A stretch of DNA of 64,000 nucleotides from Blastocystis sp. Blastoise (GCA_039096225.1 JBBPEB010000006.1:682001-746000); one strand, 5' to 3'; shown: positions 45,965 to 61,859, counted from the stretch's first letter. The notes: a model not told the origin generated them from the sequence alone. Program-made: numbers and translations.

Positions 45965-48123
45965 ATTTGATGAATTAAGATTAAACTAAACTAAAAAAAA
46001 TATCATTAAAAACGGAATGAACGAATAGATTATTAACAACATAGGCGTATGAAAAAAAGAAATATACATATTTTGAACAACTTGGACAATGAAGAGAATG
46101 TTAATTCTTCTAATAAAATATATTCAATAGATTTTTATAAGATTTCTAGGATAACTGATTGCAGTTAAATGATATAAAGTCTTAGATAAATAGAGTATCG
46201 GTCACAATACGTTTAAATACTTTTAGAAAAATTTCATATACAGAAAACGAGGCGAAGACATTATTTTGTAACTGACGTCAGTGTCTGTATTATCATCATT
46301 TCTAACAATAAGAGAATACTTTACGTTGCTAAGCTTATGTTAGATAATCTGAGATGCTATACCAAAAATATATGCTGTTCTGAAGTGATAAAAGCAGATG
46401 TAATTCACTTTATGTGATGACGTCAATAGGTAAAATAAAAATAAAGTTTTGAAAATTATAATGAAAGCTAGTATATTCTAACTAGCAATATTTGTATGAA
46501 TATAATAAAAAATACTTAAAGCATACAATCATAAGAGTATTTATTCAATATTAATAGTAGTCTGGTCATAGTTGACATATGGTGTTGCTTCATAGAAAAG
46601 ATAGAAATTGTTGCTAGAAGAACAATGATGTTATGTTCAATAAAATTTGTAAATGAAATAAAGTGTATGTAGCTGTGTTAGTTACATGATACATTTTGCT
46701 TTGTAGAAATCATGTCAAAAGTCGAATATAGAAATGTAAAATGTACATTTTATGAGAACGATGTGTATTTTTCGTGATAGTTTCTATTGTTAAACTCTAG
46801 CATTGATTCATGATTTTGATTGTTATGAATAAAGTAATTCTATGATGGTTTCATAGATAATAAAAGAAATATTTTCTAGATCTTTATTATTTTTCTTGTT
46901 CAATTAATAAAAAACAACCGTTTATTGCTTTCAGAAGTATAAATATGGTGTTAGATAAATACAGAATTGTTCATATTCAATCTTTGTATAAGTAATACAC
47001 ATGTTTTATATTAGAAAAAAAAATATTTTTTATTATTATTGTTTAAAAAATGTAAGCCTGAGCTCTTTTAAGATTAGCAATGTATATAGAAGATACATAA
47101 TTTGATGTTTGTTATGAATGCTTGTTTATCCTTTTTATATATTATAATATAGTTAAAAAGAGATAGATATAACAATATATATAAAATTACTAAATAATTA
47201 TCATATAGATTTTTATATATATTATATTTTCCTAGTTATATGAATAAATACATTATATATACATATATATAATTAAAAGATGAAGAGAATGTCTTTTTTA
47301 AAATGTGATTATTCGTAGAAATTGTTAGCGATATTACTAAGTAAACTATTCAACAATAAAATTCATATATATATATAAACACATACCTGACTGTATATTC
47401 TTTCTATAGAAACATAATAAAAATAATAAATTATATACATAAACACATTACTTTTCATCAAATACATGATATAATCATTTTCATAAAAATTGAATGTTAC
47501 AATTATATATATAATTACAAATATATGCTTAAAAAAATATTTTGAATTAATAGACCAAATCGTGACAAAAGCCAATGAAGAGTATCAGAAAATAACTTCT
47601 CTAATCTTAATATATTTATTAGAATCATAATATACAATTTTAACAATTCTATCTTGCAATTCTATAACAATGAAAATACAACACTCATTTACTTTTTTGT
47701 ATAAAAATAATTATATCAATCGTTAGAGAACGCTATTTAAGTATGAAGGACGACACATATATCGTTTACGATGCTAACTATTAATTCATTCACATCAATT
47801 ATATCAGTTTGTAATCTAGAGACCAGTTTTTATGTATCTTAAATACATATAGCACTTGATATTCAACATAGAATCCTATACTCCGAACTATATGTTCATA
47901 ATAAAGAAAAATAATTTGTTTTTCCTAAAAAAATATTATTTTTTTTTTGACGAGACATAATTAAAATAATCACGGTTTTTTTAGTGTACTATTTCTATGA
48001 ATAACATGGAATTAGGATTATAGGCTCAGAATCATTAAGAAAAAAATCAGTCAATAAATCCAAAGTCCCTTCTACTTTTTGAAATGCCACTTTTTAAAAA
48101 ATTATTCTTTTTATTTGATCGAA

Positions 48124-51100
48124 ATGAAGTTGACTATTTTAATTTTGCTACTAGGTATTTATTTTGAGATTGTTCTTTATGGTTAACACTTCACATTAGC
48201 ATTCTTTGGTCAATCAAATAGTTTTTCTTGCCCTAAAACAGAATTTAACTTAGTAAAAGATATGGCTATGTCAGGAATGAGATGTACAAGCAGTTCACTT
48301 ACTGTTAATCCTGAATTACCTGATGGCCTTTATTTTGAGAGTGGCAAACTCTATGGTACACCTGTACGAGGTCAGCAGCGAACTGAATATTATTTATCTG
48401 ATTCTATTTCATATGTTAAAATTTTTATAGGAAGTATATAGTTTTATTTAAACGAAATTTCTCTAAATATTATAAATATTTAGTTTATGATACACCAACA
48501 GAAATATCTTATGGATTTGATAGTCAAAAGATTATCGTTAATGTACCTATGGATTCTTTACCTATGCGATCCAATACTATATATAATCAAGTCACTGTTT
48601 CTCCTTCTTTACCTACAGGTATTTCTATTAATAATATTACTGGATTAATTTATGGTACACCTACTCAAACTTCTTCTACTACTCAATATCAAATTACGGC
48701 TAAAAATCCTTTTGGAACCATCTCTACAACTATTAATATTAGTTTTATTCGTATATAAATATTTTTTTTTATAGTTGTTTTATTATTATTTTATTATTAT
48801 TATGTTATTCTATTAATATAATTTTTATATAGAATCTTCTGAATTATCTACAAATGGTTTTAGTGGCTGTTATTATGCACGTACTTTAGGTTGTTCTATT
48901 CATTCTATGGAATGGTTTACTTCTAATGAAGCAGATATATGTCAATTAGAAACTAAATTTGAATTTAGTGATCAATATCGTCCTGATGATGATACTCACA
49001 GTTGGTCTGGACTAGATGAAAGGTAATATTTATTCTTATATTTATTATATTTATTATATTTATTATATTTATTATATTTATTATATTTATTATATTTATT
49101 ATTTTAAAAATTTTATTATTATAATAAAAAAAAATTTCTATTAATTATATTATATATAATATAATTAATTAATATATATAGATTTTTAGATTATTTCACA
49201 GCTATATTTACTGGTTATATACGTATATTTACAGATGCTGTATATACATTTAGTATTGTTTCTGATGATGGTTCTATATTATATATTGATAATACTATTG
49301 TTGTTAATAATGATGGATGTAGTCGTAATGGACCTCTTTCTAAATCTAATACTGCTTCTCTTACTGCAGGTATATTATTATTCTAATTATATTATTATTA
49401 TTATTATTATTATCTCTATTATTATTATATAACAAATTATATATTTATATAGGTATACATTTAGTACATGTTCTGTATATGCAACATGGTGGTACTGCTC
49501 CTCAACTCTCTATTAAATTCGAATCAACTCCTGCCTCTATTGCTGAAACTATTATCGATAGTAATATTATGGTTTATGGTATATAAATGATCATAATCAT
49601 ATAATAGTAATAATCATTATATATAGCTGGTCGTGGTCCATCTTTCTTAGCTTATAAGGATATTATGGCTTCAACGAATAGTAGAATCCCTAATCGTTAT
49701 CCTACTATCGGTAGTGGTATAGTTACATCTTATACGATTACTCCTACTCTTCCTAATGGTCTTACTATTGATCTCACTACTGGAGTTATAGCTGGTATAC
49801 CTACTGTATGTTAATAAATATATTATTATATTTTATTATTATTATTATATTATTATATATTATTATTATATTATTATATAGGTATCAAGTGCCTCTACTT
49901 CTTATACTGTTACTGCTACTGGCCCTATGGGAACTGCTTCTACTAAATTTAATATTTATATTAATAGTATATTATAAATACTAATAATCATATAACTCAA
50001 TATATATATAGCTGAATTACTTCCTGGTTTAACTGGTAGTTATTACACTTTATCTACTTCAGATATTTGTTCTCTTCAATATATTTCTCTTGGTTTACGT
50101 ACAAAACAAGTTGAACGTATTGATTTTATGATTAATTGGGAAGAATCTGAGTATTTATATATCATCATTATATATATTATCATTATGTTTATATATATTT
50201 ATAGAGATTATATTTGGCCTGGTTTACCTATAAAGTTTAGATCTAATTTCTTTACTGAATTTAATGGTTATTTATATATACCAACTACTGGTACTTATAC
50301 TCTTGCTATTAATGTATATATATTATATTTTATTTTATTATATTATTATTATTATTATATATATAGAGCATGGATGGTGCACGTGTTTATATCGATGACA
50401 CACTTGCTATTCGCCAATGGGGTTGCATGACTGCTATGAATACAACAACCTATGAACGAGTCTTTGATACCATCGGTATATATATTTTATATATTCAATT
50501 AAAAATGAAACTAAAAAATGTATATATATTATTTTTTTTATAATAGTGACGAGCATACTAAACATAATAATAAATAACTATTTTATAGGTTATCATACTC
50601 TTTTTATTGAATATTTCGCTCATACAACTCATTTCGGATTACAATTCCAATGGAAAACTCCTACAACAACTACTTTTGAAGCTATTCCTGCTTCTTCTCT
50701 TTATCATCTTCCTTCTGCTCAATTCACATATACATCTCCTGTTGCTCATTATTATAAAGGAGTTACTATTCCTGAAAATGGACCTGTTCTCTTTGGTTTA
50801 AGTTCTTTAAGTCCTTATACTATTACTCCTACTCTTCCTTCTGGGCTTTCTTTTAATACTACTACTGGTGCTATTACGGGTATACCTACTGAAGAAATTG
50901 ATCTCAGAGATTATTATATTACTAGTACTACACAATCTACTCAATCTACTATGATCACTATTCAAATCACTTGTATTTATATCTATGTTTTATCTATTTA
51001 TGCTACATATATATATTTATATTAATCAAATGTTATTATGAAGATAAGTATAATCTTTGATCTTCATATATAGCCTTTTTATTATTATTATTTACTATAA

Positions 51101-54100
51101 ACATTAATGGATTACTATATATAATATTTTTTTTATTATTATTCTTTTAAATATTGTATGTCTTCTGTTTTTCTATATATTATTAGAATAACTATATATT
51201 ATATTCTCAATAGATATTGCTCCTCCAACGGATCTTATCATTCGTAACGGCTCTGAAGGTGAACCAATCAAATCTATTGTTTTATCGATGACAGATACTA
51301 TTGCTTGGACAATCTCTTATAATAATAAAGTTTCTTCTTTAACTCTTTCTCCTTCTCTTCCTTCTGGTATCACTTTTGATTATCGTTATAAGCGTATTTC
51401 TGGAACGCCTAAAGAAATAATTCAACCTACTTTGTATATATATATATATATAATCTAAAATAATTGTTTTTTTTTTTAATGTTTTTTTATACTATTTTTA
51501 TTAAATAAAAATATGATTTGAAATTGATATTTCATCATAATTAATTTATGTATAAAATCTATATATAAATAGATTCTTATATATATATTCTATAGATATA
51601 CATTAACTGCTTCTAATGATGGCGGTTCTACTATTTATCAATTTACTTTATCTGTGACAGTATGTCAGTATGGTAATACATTCTTTATCACTGCATATGG
51701 TTTCTTATCTATTACTCTTAAAATAGGGTATATATATAATATTCTATTACTCTTAATATAAATGATAAAGAAAAATAATATTTTTAAATATTTTATTACA
51801 TTTTTTTTTTTGTAAATAATAATATATAAATATATATAGTGATGAAATAAAAGAACAAAACAATAATATAGAAGGAGGTAAGCCATGGATATTATGTATT
51901 CCCATGGAAATATATGATGTTGTTGCTATTTGCACAACAAGGTATATATATGTTATATATATACCTTTTTATAAATCATAAATATATATATACTATTTTT
52001 TGTTTTATTAATTATAAACTTACATATATATGTTTTTGTTTTATTAATTATAAACTTATATATATATATATTTTTTTTTTGTTTTATTAACTATAAACTT
52101 ATATATATATTCTTTTATTTTTTTTATCATAAACTTATATATATATATATTCTTTTATTTTATTAATCATAAACTTATGTATATAGTAAAGATTGTTCTT
52201 ATACTATTAAACGAAATGACGGTTATATTTATATTCAAGAATCTGTATATGCATATCAAAACTCAACGAGAACATTTCAAACTAGTATATAATTATTAAT
52301 AAATATTAGTTTTTATTTATAATCCATATATATATATATATCTAAATCTATATAACCTTAATATTATAATATATTTATATTATTCAAATAATTCTATCTA
52401 GAATTTAATACAAAGCCAGAGATCTCTTTAAGTTCTACTGTTATTCCTGCAACTTCTGGATTTGTATTTAATAAAGTTTTTATTACTATTGATATACCTC
52501 ATACTCCTTTAATATTTACTCCTGAACTTCCTGTTACTGTATCTTATGATAGTTATACAGGTGTTCTTTCTGGTCAGATTAAAAAGATTGGTACATATAC
52601 TTATACTCTATCTTGTAATAATACTTATGGTGTTGAAACAAAGAATATTACTTTTAATGTAGATATATGTAATAATGATAGATATTCTGTTTCTTTTACA
52701 CGTGATTCTGGTACTATTGGTGATTTCTATACAGTTACAAATGAGGATACACTTATATATTCAGAAATATGGACACCAGCTATTATTAATAAGAAGTATC
52801 TTCATACAGTTTGTATAGGAGAAGGTACTTATACAGTTAAAATAGGAACTACAAATATTCAAGGTGGTTGGGATATATATAGTCAATTAAAAGTAGTAAA
52901 AGGTGATAATGAAATCTTAGGATCTTTTATGTTAGCTTCTAATGAAAAAGAAATAACAAAATATTTTACTTTAAAATATTCTTTAAGTGCTAATAGTACA
53001 TTCTATTATTCTAATATGGGTTCTATACCAAATCAAAATTGGTATAAATATGAATATATTCCTGATCATTCTTGGCAAACAGGAAAAACAGGTAATTGGG
53101 GTATATTTAAACAAAATGGAGTTGCTTTCTTTAGATCTGAATTTAATGTTGATGATATTAAGAAATATCCTATTTTCCATTATAATATTCTTGTTCGTGA
53201 TGGTTATATATTATATATAAATGGTATAGAAGTAATGAGAAAAAATATTGATGTTGGTGCTAGTTCTCTGTCATATGCTTCTAGATCTTATGGTAATATT
53301 ATCTATAGAAAGTATTTTTATTTTTTAATATTTTTATTTTTAATATTTTTATTTTTAATATTTTTATTTATATTTATTTTTATATTTATTTATTATTCAT
53401 TATTTATTTATTTTTATAATTTTTTTTATATTGTCATTTATTTTTATATTTATGTTTTTATTTTCATTTATAGTTTTTTATATATTTTTTAAATATATAT
53501 AATATTCTATATAGAGCTTCTATTTCTTCGTCTTTCCTTCGTAATGGTATTAATAAAGTAGCTGTATCTATTCATAAAAATGAAGAAATGAATTCAACTA
53601 TTTATTTTGATTTTGCTATACAAATATTAGAAGGTACATGTATACTTCGTTCTATGTATGGTGTTGCTAAAGATAGTAAACATTATGAAAATGTATATAA
53701 TTCTATTTTATTTAAATATTTTTTGTATTTATTATTTATTATTCAATAATTAATAATGATAATAATGATAATTATAAATAATCATATATATAGTTTTTGC
53801 ATCCTCCTTCAATGGCCTTTAGTGGTAGTGAAAGTTCTTATTGGTTAGAAAAGATTTTACCTGGTTTTATTGAATATTCTTGGAAAAATGATCAATCTGA
53901 ATATATAAATAAAATCTCTTTAATTTCAACGGATACTTATAGACATGGTCATCCTCGTAAATTTATTATTTCTGGTAGTGAAGATGGTGAAATATATGAT
54001 GATTTATTAAGTGTAAATGATGATAGTTTATTTAGTTATTCTTATCAGAATGTAGATTTATGGATTACAAAACATAAAGTGTCTTATAATACGATAAGAA

Positions 54101-54590
54101 TGACTATTGATGGTATATAATTATTATTATTTATATATTATTATATTATTTAATGTTTATTATCTTGTTTTTATTTATAATATATTATTTGTTATGACCA
54201 TGAAGATTATCTTTATTGTAATTATAATTACATATATATATATATATAATTACATATATATAGAAAGTAATGATGATTCTGATTATGTTCAAATAAGTGG
54301 TATTGGTTTATATTCATGTACTGTAAATTATTGTAAATCAGATTCTACATGGCCTTCTACTTCTCCTAATGAATATGCTACTATTCGTTGTCCTTCTGGA
54401 TATATTGGTACATACAGAAGATTCTGTAGAGAAAATGGATATGACGCACCTATCTGGGATGAACCACTCATTTCTGAATGCTGTATATATAAATAATATA
54501 TAATAAATAATATATATAAATAATATATAATAAATATAATAATAAATATAATAATAAATATAATAATAAATATAATAATAAATATAATAA

Positions 54591-54628
<38 letters not shown>

Positions 54629-54802
54629 TCCCTTAATACCTCCCAAAGGCATTATATACATCGATTTTTCATTATCATCTAATAATGCTTCTATTTCTGA
54701 TTATAATCGTGTAATAAAACCGCGGTTAATTACTGTTTTTATTCAAAGTTTAAGTTTATCAACAGAACAAATTGTTTTCTTTGAAGATTCCGATTGTTCT
54801 AT

Positions 54803-54834
<32 letters not shown>

Positions 54835-55412
54835 TTTTTTGCTTTTCTATTTATTTTATATTCTATATTGGTATTAAACATTGTTATATATTTTATTATA
54901 ATATTAATAATATATATAAATTACTCATTTATTTTCACAATCATACATTATTTATTAATATATATATATAGACAATAGATAGAATGTGTAGTAATATACG
55001 TATTACTACTCCTTCTAGTCAATCCAATTATACATATAATCATTTATTAGATATACAATATAATATTACTTCTCTTGTATATAAAGATGTAGGACCTTAT
55101 TTTCCCATGGGAATTACTTTTACTATTGAAAATACACCTATATTAAGAGTATATTCGGACTCTACTCTTCTTATTGTGATTCTATCTGTTTCTATAACCT
55201 TAAGTATACTTATTATTATTGGTATCTTTATATCCATTCGTCTTTATTCACAAAGACATACACATTTTATTAATAAACAAAGAAGAAAATCTAGTTTTTC
55301 TTTATTAATTGCAAAGGACTCATCTATAAATAATATAGATAAAGATTCAAGAAAAAGAAGAGATAATACAATAAAAAGAGAACAAAAGAAAGAAATGAGA
55401 AATCTTATTTAG
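48124..55412 (+). CDS. Large type I membrane protein: He_PIG repeats, 2 PA14 domains, carbohydrate-binding-like domains, HormR-like module, TM; many exons
   Basis: Signal peptide; several P.LP.Gl.....TG.I.G.PT repeats; PA14 motif FTAIFTGYIRI..YTFSIVSDDGSILYID and a second copy; CKSDSTWPST...CPSGYIGTYRRFC...W; TM LLIVILSVSITLSILIIIGIFISI then a basic tail. Confidence 0.82.
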
Positions 55413-55705
55413 ATAACTTGCTTTTTTATCAAATAATTTCTCAATTATATTCTCTATATTAATATATATTTCATTTTTCATTTATTCATTATACAAGTTT
55501 TCATAACATTTTAATTCTACTAGATATAAGCAGTATATTCATCTGTTTGACTTAATTTTCTCATCCTCAAATATAGTCTATCATATATATATATATGGAG
55601 ATATTTCTGGTTTTTTTGTATTATATATCATTATGTTTTGAAAGTCTTCTGTTTCTATAACCATTTTCATTTGTTTCATTATAAATAATAATATTCTTTT
55701 CTTAG

Positions 55706-55791
<86 letters not shown>

Positions 55792-55921
55792 CTATTTATT
55801 TGTTGTGTTATAAACTATAATCAAATTTCTTTTTATTATTTCATAAAGGTATTTGCTTAGAACAGTTATAATAGAAACAATTCTAGTTTACTTTCATCAT
55901 TATAGATTTATATAGCACTTT

Positions 55922-56156
55922 TTAAAATAAAGGATTCATAACATCTATATTTATCATTTCATTTAAAGGAATAGAATCAAGATCAAGAGAATTATCGAAA
56001 TATTCAATCAATTTAGCGAGAGATAGAGATGGAGAATCAATATAGTATGCTCTATCGTCTACTGGATAATTATTCTGACTCTGATAAGTTAGAAATAAAA
56101 TAAATGTTGGATAATTCTTCAATATTGACATTGGAATTCTTTTTTTTTTTATTCAT
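55922..56156 (-). pseudogene. BTB-like N-terminal gene fragment
   Basis: SILKNYP...DDRAYYIDSPS.SL..LIEY resembles the DGSIYLDYP...YLVNY segment of the neighbouring TLDc genes. It is short, and the ATG at 56156 is out of frame across an A-run. Confidence 0.4.
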
Positions 56157-56472
56157 TTTGAAATAAGAAAATCTATTAGTATTTTCTGAAGTGTTTGAAT
56201 ATTTTCAAACGTTTGATTACTTCGTTTTTCTTGATTTGGGAGAACATGATCTGTTATTTTTGACATCTTAATTTATTTAAAGGTAATAAGTGAATAACTT
56301 AAATTGGATTATACTCTAATTCATTTATTCTGAAGTTTGAATTTATTATAAAACATGTTTGAAAAAATGATTGAATTTATGTGGGAAAACAATTGTAAGT
56401 CACTGTGATTCGATGAATTTTCACGAGAGGCAACTTTTGCTTTGAATTTATTTAATTATCATTATTTCATTA

Positions 56473-57969
56473 ATGGTGAAAGAAAAGGTGTTATTTGATA
56501 TTGATAAATTCGATAGATTGAAGGAGGATATCAATATATATGAAGAATTGATGAAAGATGTTGTTAATGTATTTGGATCAGTAATGAATCTTGGTATACA
56601 TTCAGGAATATCGATTAATAGACTTATAAAACATATTGGTGATGGCTATATTAATAATGAAAGCGGAAAAAATGAATTTGAAATGAAATCTGCTTATGAA
56701 GATAAGAATAATGAAAATATGAATGTCAATATGGATGATAAAGATGATGATGATGTGGATTCCATTAGATTTACCAATAATGGTCCCATATTTCAAATAT
56801 CGAAATCTGTTTTAGATTCTTTGAAAGGTTCTTTTATTGAAGAACAATGTAGTGAAGAACTTAGGACAAATGATGGATCTATATATCTTGATTATCCTGG
56901 AAATGATGCCGCTGTTTATTATTTAGTTAATTATTTGAATGGAAAGAAAGTAGATTTTGATTCTCTTTCTTATGAAGAACAATTAAAAATATTAGATTTA
57001 TTTGAATATTGTGGTTTACCTATTCCTTTAGAATTAATAGATTGTAGAGCAAGAAGAGATACAAAGAAAAAGAAATATGAAGAAGGAGATGAAATAGAAT
57101 TGATTATTAATGGAAATAAGAATGATATTATTAAAGAATATTTGATAAAGAATGGATTATGGAATGAATATGTTAAGAATTATGATAATGGATTTATTGA
57201 TTATAATCATATTGATGAAAGTTTTTATGTGAATAAGAAATATGAATATATTGATTATATTACTGAATATGTGAATAATAGATATATATATATAGAATTC
57301 GATAAGATTATTGATATTAATAAAGAATTATTAGAGAACGAAATATATGAATTTTTTGGTGAAGAAGGAAGAGAAGAAGCGAAAGAAGCAATGATAGGAA
57401 AATTAAATGTATTTATGAACTCTACTATAATAGAAAAGAAATGTTTTGAAATTCCCTTAGTAAATTGGTTAGGTAAAGAAAAGAAATGGAAATTATTATT
57501 TAGAGCAAGTGAACATAATTATTCAAGAAAAGCATTCCATAAGTATTGTGATAATCAAGGAGAAACAGTTATACTTATTAAACATAAAGGTCATAATAAT
57601 ATTATGAATATATTTGGAGGATATACAGATCAAAGTTGGGAATCTGGTTTATATGAAGGTAAACCTGCTTCTAAAGAATTTCTATTTACTTTAAGTAATG
57701 AACATGGTATTCCTCCTACTCACTATCTACATAATGGTAATGGTAGAGGTATTTTATGTGCTTCTTCTTGGGGTCTTGTATTTGGAAGTGGTTTAGATAT
57801 TGCATTAAGTGATGAATGTGATACTGACAATGTATATACATATACAAAAGCTTCTTCTTTCACATGGATAGATACTCCTCAAAAGTCATCCTTATTTGTT
57901 AATACTGCTGGTCCAGATGAAAAGAATTACTTTAAAGTTGAAGATTATGAAGTTTGGGGAAGAGCGTAA
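56473..57969 (+). CDS. BTB-like + TLDc domain protein (498 aa, intronless)
   Basis: WKLLFRASEH...FHKYCDNQGETVILIK...IFGGYT..SW...FLFTL...FGSG.DI...DYEVW is a TLDc signature. Confidence 0.9.
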   Translation: MVKEKVLFDIDKFDRLKEDINIYEELMKDVVNVFGSVMNLGIHSGISINRLIKHIGDGYINNESGKNEFEMKSAYEDKNNENMNVNMDDKDDDDVDSIRFTNNGPIFQISKSVLDSLKGSFIEEQCSEELRTNDGSIYLDYPGNDAAVYYLVNYLNGKKVDFDSLSYEEQLKILDLFEYCGLPIPLELIDCRARRDTKKKKYEEGDEIELIINGNKNDIIKEYLIKNGLWNEYVKNYDNGFIDYNHIDESFYVNKKYEYIDYITEYVNNRYIYIEFDKIIDINKELLENEIYEFFGEEGREEAKEAMIGKLNVFMNSTIIEKKCFEIPLVNWLGKEKKWKLLFRASEHNYSRKAFHKYCDNQGETVILIKHKGHNNIMNIFGGYTDQSWESGLYEGKPASKEFLFTLSNEHGIPPTHYLHNGNGRGILCASSWGLVFGSGLDIALSDECDTDNVYTYTKASSFTWIDTPQKSSLFVNTAGPDEKNYFKVEDYEVWGRA

Positions 57970-58553
57970 TATATATTATATATATTCTATTATATGAATG
58001 AATCTATTTGAAATACTCTGAAAATATATATTTTTATATTTGTATTATTACTTATTACAAGTTTTTTATCATCATTTTTATTTGTTTGTGTTTCTTATAT
58101 GTTTAGTAATTGTGAATATATAATAGAATTTACATATCATTGACATCATAAAAAGATATCTAAACATTTTAGTTAATATATATATTATATTATATTTTAA
58201 AATATTCATGTCCTTACAGTAGGATCCTATTTATAATTCATGCCTTTTTAATGTGAATGAATACTATATTATAGAATAAATAATTATTATAGAACAAAAA
58301 AATGATTACATTCTGAGGTTAATAATTCTAAAAAATATATATTTTAATTAAAAAAATGCTAAATAATTAATAAAACAGTAGATATAAATATATATAGTAT
58401 ATAATAAAGAAAATATATATATGTACTGTACACATATACATATAAATTCTATTATGAAATATACGTTAATATGAATATAAAAGATTTAAAAGAACAAATA
58501 ATAAAAAAGATTTAAAAAAGAAGATAAATATTTTTGATATTTATTTTTTATGA

Positions 58554-60819
58554 CTAACTCGTAAACACTTCAAAATCAATTAAATCAAATTCATTGTTTT
58601 CACCAGGTTTATTAGTATTAACAAAGAAACTATTTCCTAATTCAGGATAAGGAGATATATATACGGGATCTTCATTACATAAAAATACATTACTACCATT
58701 TGTAAATCGATCTTTACTAATTTGAGAATGTAAATATATACTACAACAAAAAGTTAATTCAAATAAAGAATCATTTGAAACTAATGCACTATAAGACTTT
58801 TCAGGATTAATATTTGTTTTCGTATAATTATGTCCATGAGGATTTGTTAATGAAAATAAAAAGGCTTTTGGATCTGCTCTAAATCCTGTACCTTCTATAT
58901 ATATAAATATTTGTTTATTTATTTAATATAAATACTTCTAAGTGAATTTTCCATATCATTATGATTCTTCCCCCAACCAACACTAGTATATCCTCCAAAT
59001 ATATACGATTGACCATCTTTTCCTTTTCCTTGTATAATTACTAATGATTCTTTATCATCACATTTCTCATGCCATTTCTTTATACTTCTCTTCTCATCAG
59101 AACATCTATATATATAATACTATAAAAAATATTATAATATACCTATATAATAATTCCCATTTTTTATTCCCTTTAAACCATTTAGTTAACTCATTACCCA
59201 TTTCTTCATTAATAAGAATTGAATTTGGTAAATATAAAATAGTATTTGGTATTAATTCATAGACTTCATATTCATCAACACTAAAATAATTAGTGTCTTG
59301 TGGACCAGCTGTATTCACAAATAAAGATCGAAATTGAGGAGTAAGACTATGCGAATAATCACCAGTTTTACCATTAATATAACTATTCTTATTATTATGG
59401 CAATCATCACTAATATGTATATCCATAAAATGAGGACCACTATTCATATCACAATATAATGCATTATAAGGATCCAGTATATCATATTTAGTAGGAGGAA
59501 TATCATGTTCATTACTTAAAGTAAATAAGAAAGATCCACTATCATATTTCCACCCTATATTGTATTATACTATTAAATAATAAATATATATATACAATTT
59601 TCAGTTCTAGATTCCCAATATTGAGTAGTATATCCTCCAAAAATATTAATCTTATCATCATGACCTATATGTTTAATTATAGTAACAGTAGGACATTTAG
59701 TATCACAATATTTATGGAATTCACTTGCTTTAAAATTATGGTCACTTGCTCTATAAACATAGATAATAAATAATAATATACATACCTAAATAATAATTTC
59801 CATTTCTTTTGTTTACCAAGCCAATTCACTAATGGAGTTTCAAAACATTTCTTATTAATAATCTTTGATTCTAGAAATACAGTAGGTCTTTTCATCATAT
59901 CTATAATACATTGCCTTCCTTTATCACCAAATAGAGTATACATTTCTTTTTTCAATAAATTAATATTCAAATCATTATTGACTGTTTCTACTATATGACA
60001 AAATTCATGTTCAGCATATTGAGTAATATATTTTATAGTATCACATTTCAAACTCATAGAGAAAGAATTATCAATAAAATTATAATCAACGAATCCATCA
60101 TTATACTTCATTACAAAAGAATTCCAAATCTCATTCTTAATTAAATATTGTTTTATAACATCTTCTTTCTTTCCATTAATAAAAAGAGAAACTTCATCAC
60201 CTTCTTTATACTTCCTTATTATCATCTCTTTGTTCACGACAACCAACTAATTCTACAGGAATTATTATATTACAAAATTCATATAAATGAAGTAATTCCA
60301 ATTTGTCTTTTATATCAAAAACACTATAATCAACTTCTTTTCCATTCAAATAATCTAATAAATAATATACATAAATATCGTTTCCTCAATAATCAAGAAA
60401 TATAGTTCCATCTTTAGTTCTCATTTCTTCTTCAGATTGTTCATATATATAAGAATATTGAATTGAATTGAGAATGCTTTTAGATATGGAAAACACAGGA
60501 CCATCACTAGAAAACGAATCAAATCAGTATCTTCAGCATGATTATAATATCTTTGACTCATATTCATAGCTTCATTCACATTATTGTTCTTTTCATTTTG
60601 AAATTGTTTGTAATTCAAATTCTTATCTTCTTCATTTGCATTATTATTATTATTTAGATTCTTCAGAACATCATGGAATGCTTTTCCAGTGTATAGAGTT
60701 TCAGATACTATAGATGTGAATCCATCAACAACTTTCTTCATCAACTCATCAAATCCAGAAGCAATATCCTTTAGTTGATTGATAGAATCAAGATCAAGTA
60801 GAACTCCTTCTTTCACCAT
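58554..60819 (-). pseudogene. Paralogous BTB-like + 2 x TLDc gene with introns, disrupted
   Basis: Same MVKE start and domains as 56473. Frameshifts near 60512 and 60225 and an in-frame TGA near 60387 (DY*GND versus DYPGND). Two TLDc copies end EYEVYE and DFEVFTS*. Confidence 0.78.
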
Positions 60820-61859
60820 TTCCTTTATTAATTTAAAAAATCAAAGTAACTTTCAGTAACTCAATCTATAACTATCGAAATAATGAAAAATCAAGTATGA
60901 AGAAGAGATTTTTCTTGGTATTCTTGATATTTTGATTAAAATGATTTAGGAATGTTAGTTTGATTAGAATGTGAGTATTACTGGATAGAATGATTTATAA
61001 AGAAGAATAATGAATTGAATATGATTTAATTAAAGAAAGAAATGAATGTGTTTTTGAAATTAGTATTCTTATATATGAAAGAATCAATGTATTATGAATG
61101 TATATGTGAATGCGATATTGATGAATAAGTAATTCATGTTATTTGAAACCATTAAAATTGGTTTTTTAACATAAATTCAAATATTTCATTGAAATTAATA
61201 TAGAATAATAATTATTATATCTATTTATGTGGCTAAGAAATCTTTATAATCATTAAATATATGTAATGAGAGTTCGATCAAGAATTCAGTATATTATTCT
61301 TTAATTATTTTCATTTAAAACATCTATAGAACAGTTTATGAATGTAATAAATATATAATGAATAATATTATTATGAAACAACATTTTCTTTTTCTTAATA
61401 TTTTCTTTCACAGGAATATTTACAAATAATAAGCAATATTATCTTGAATAATATCAATGAAAGAATCGAAATAATGAATGATTAGAATAAAAAGGTGACT
61501 TTTATAAACAAAAAAAGAACAATTCTATTTTTTCAAAAAAAAAATTAAATAATTATTTGCTTTATAATTCATTATAATAAATAAGATTCATAATATATAA
61601 ACAAAAGAAAAACAATATTTTCAAACCTTCAAATGCTTCAAAACATTCAGTTTATTCATTCCTGCTAAACCTAGTACAATCAGTGCCAAAACCTGACAAC
61701 CTCGGTTTTTTTTTTAAACTGGCGAGTTTTTCTTTGTTTTTTTTTTATTAAGTCATTTGTCATCAAAGGTTGTATTGACTATTAAAACAGGGAAACAAAA
61801 CAAATAAGCGTCATGGAAAAAAATTTAAAAAACCATTTTTTTGAATTGAAACACAAATA

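Noticed and set aside
46000-48100. Gene or transposon in the 2-kb spacer
   Set aside because: No credible ORF, exon chain or terminal repeats seen.
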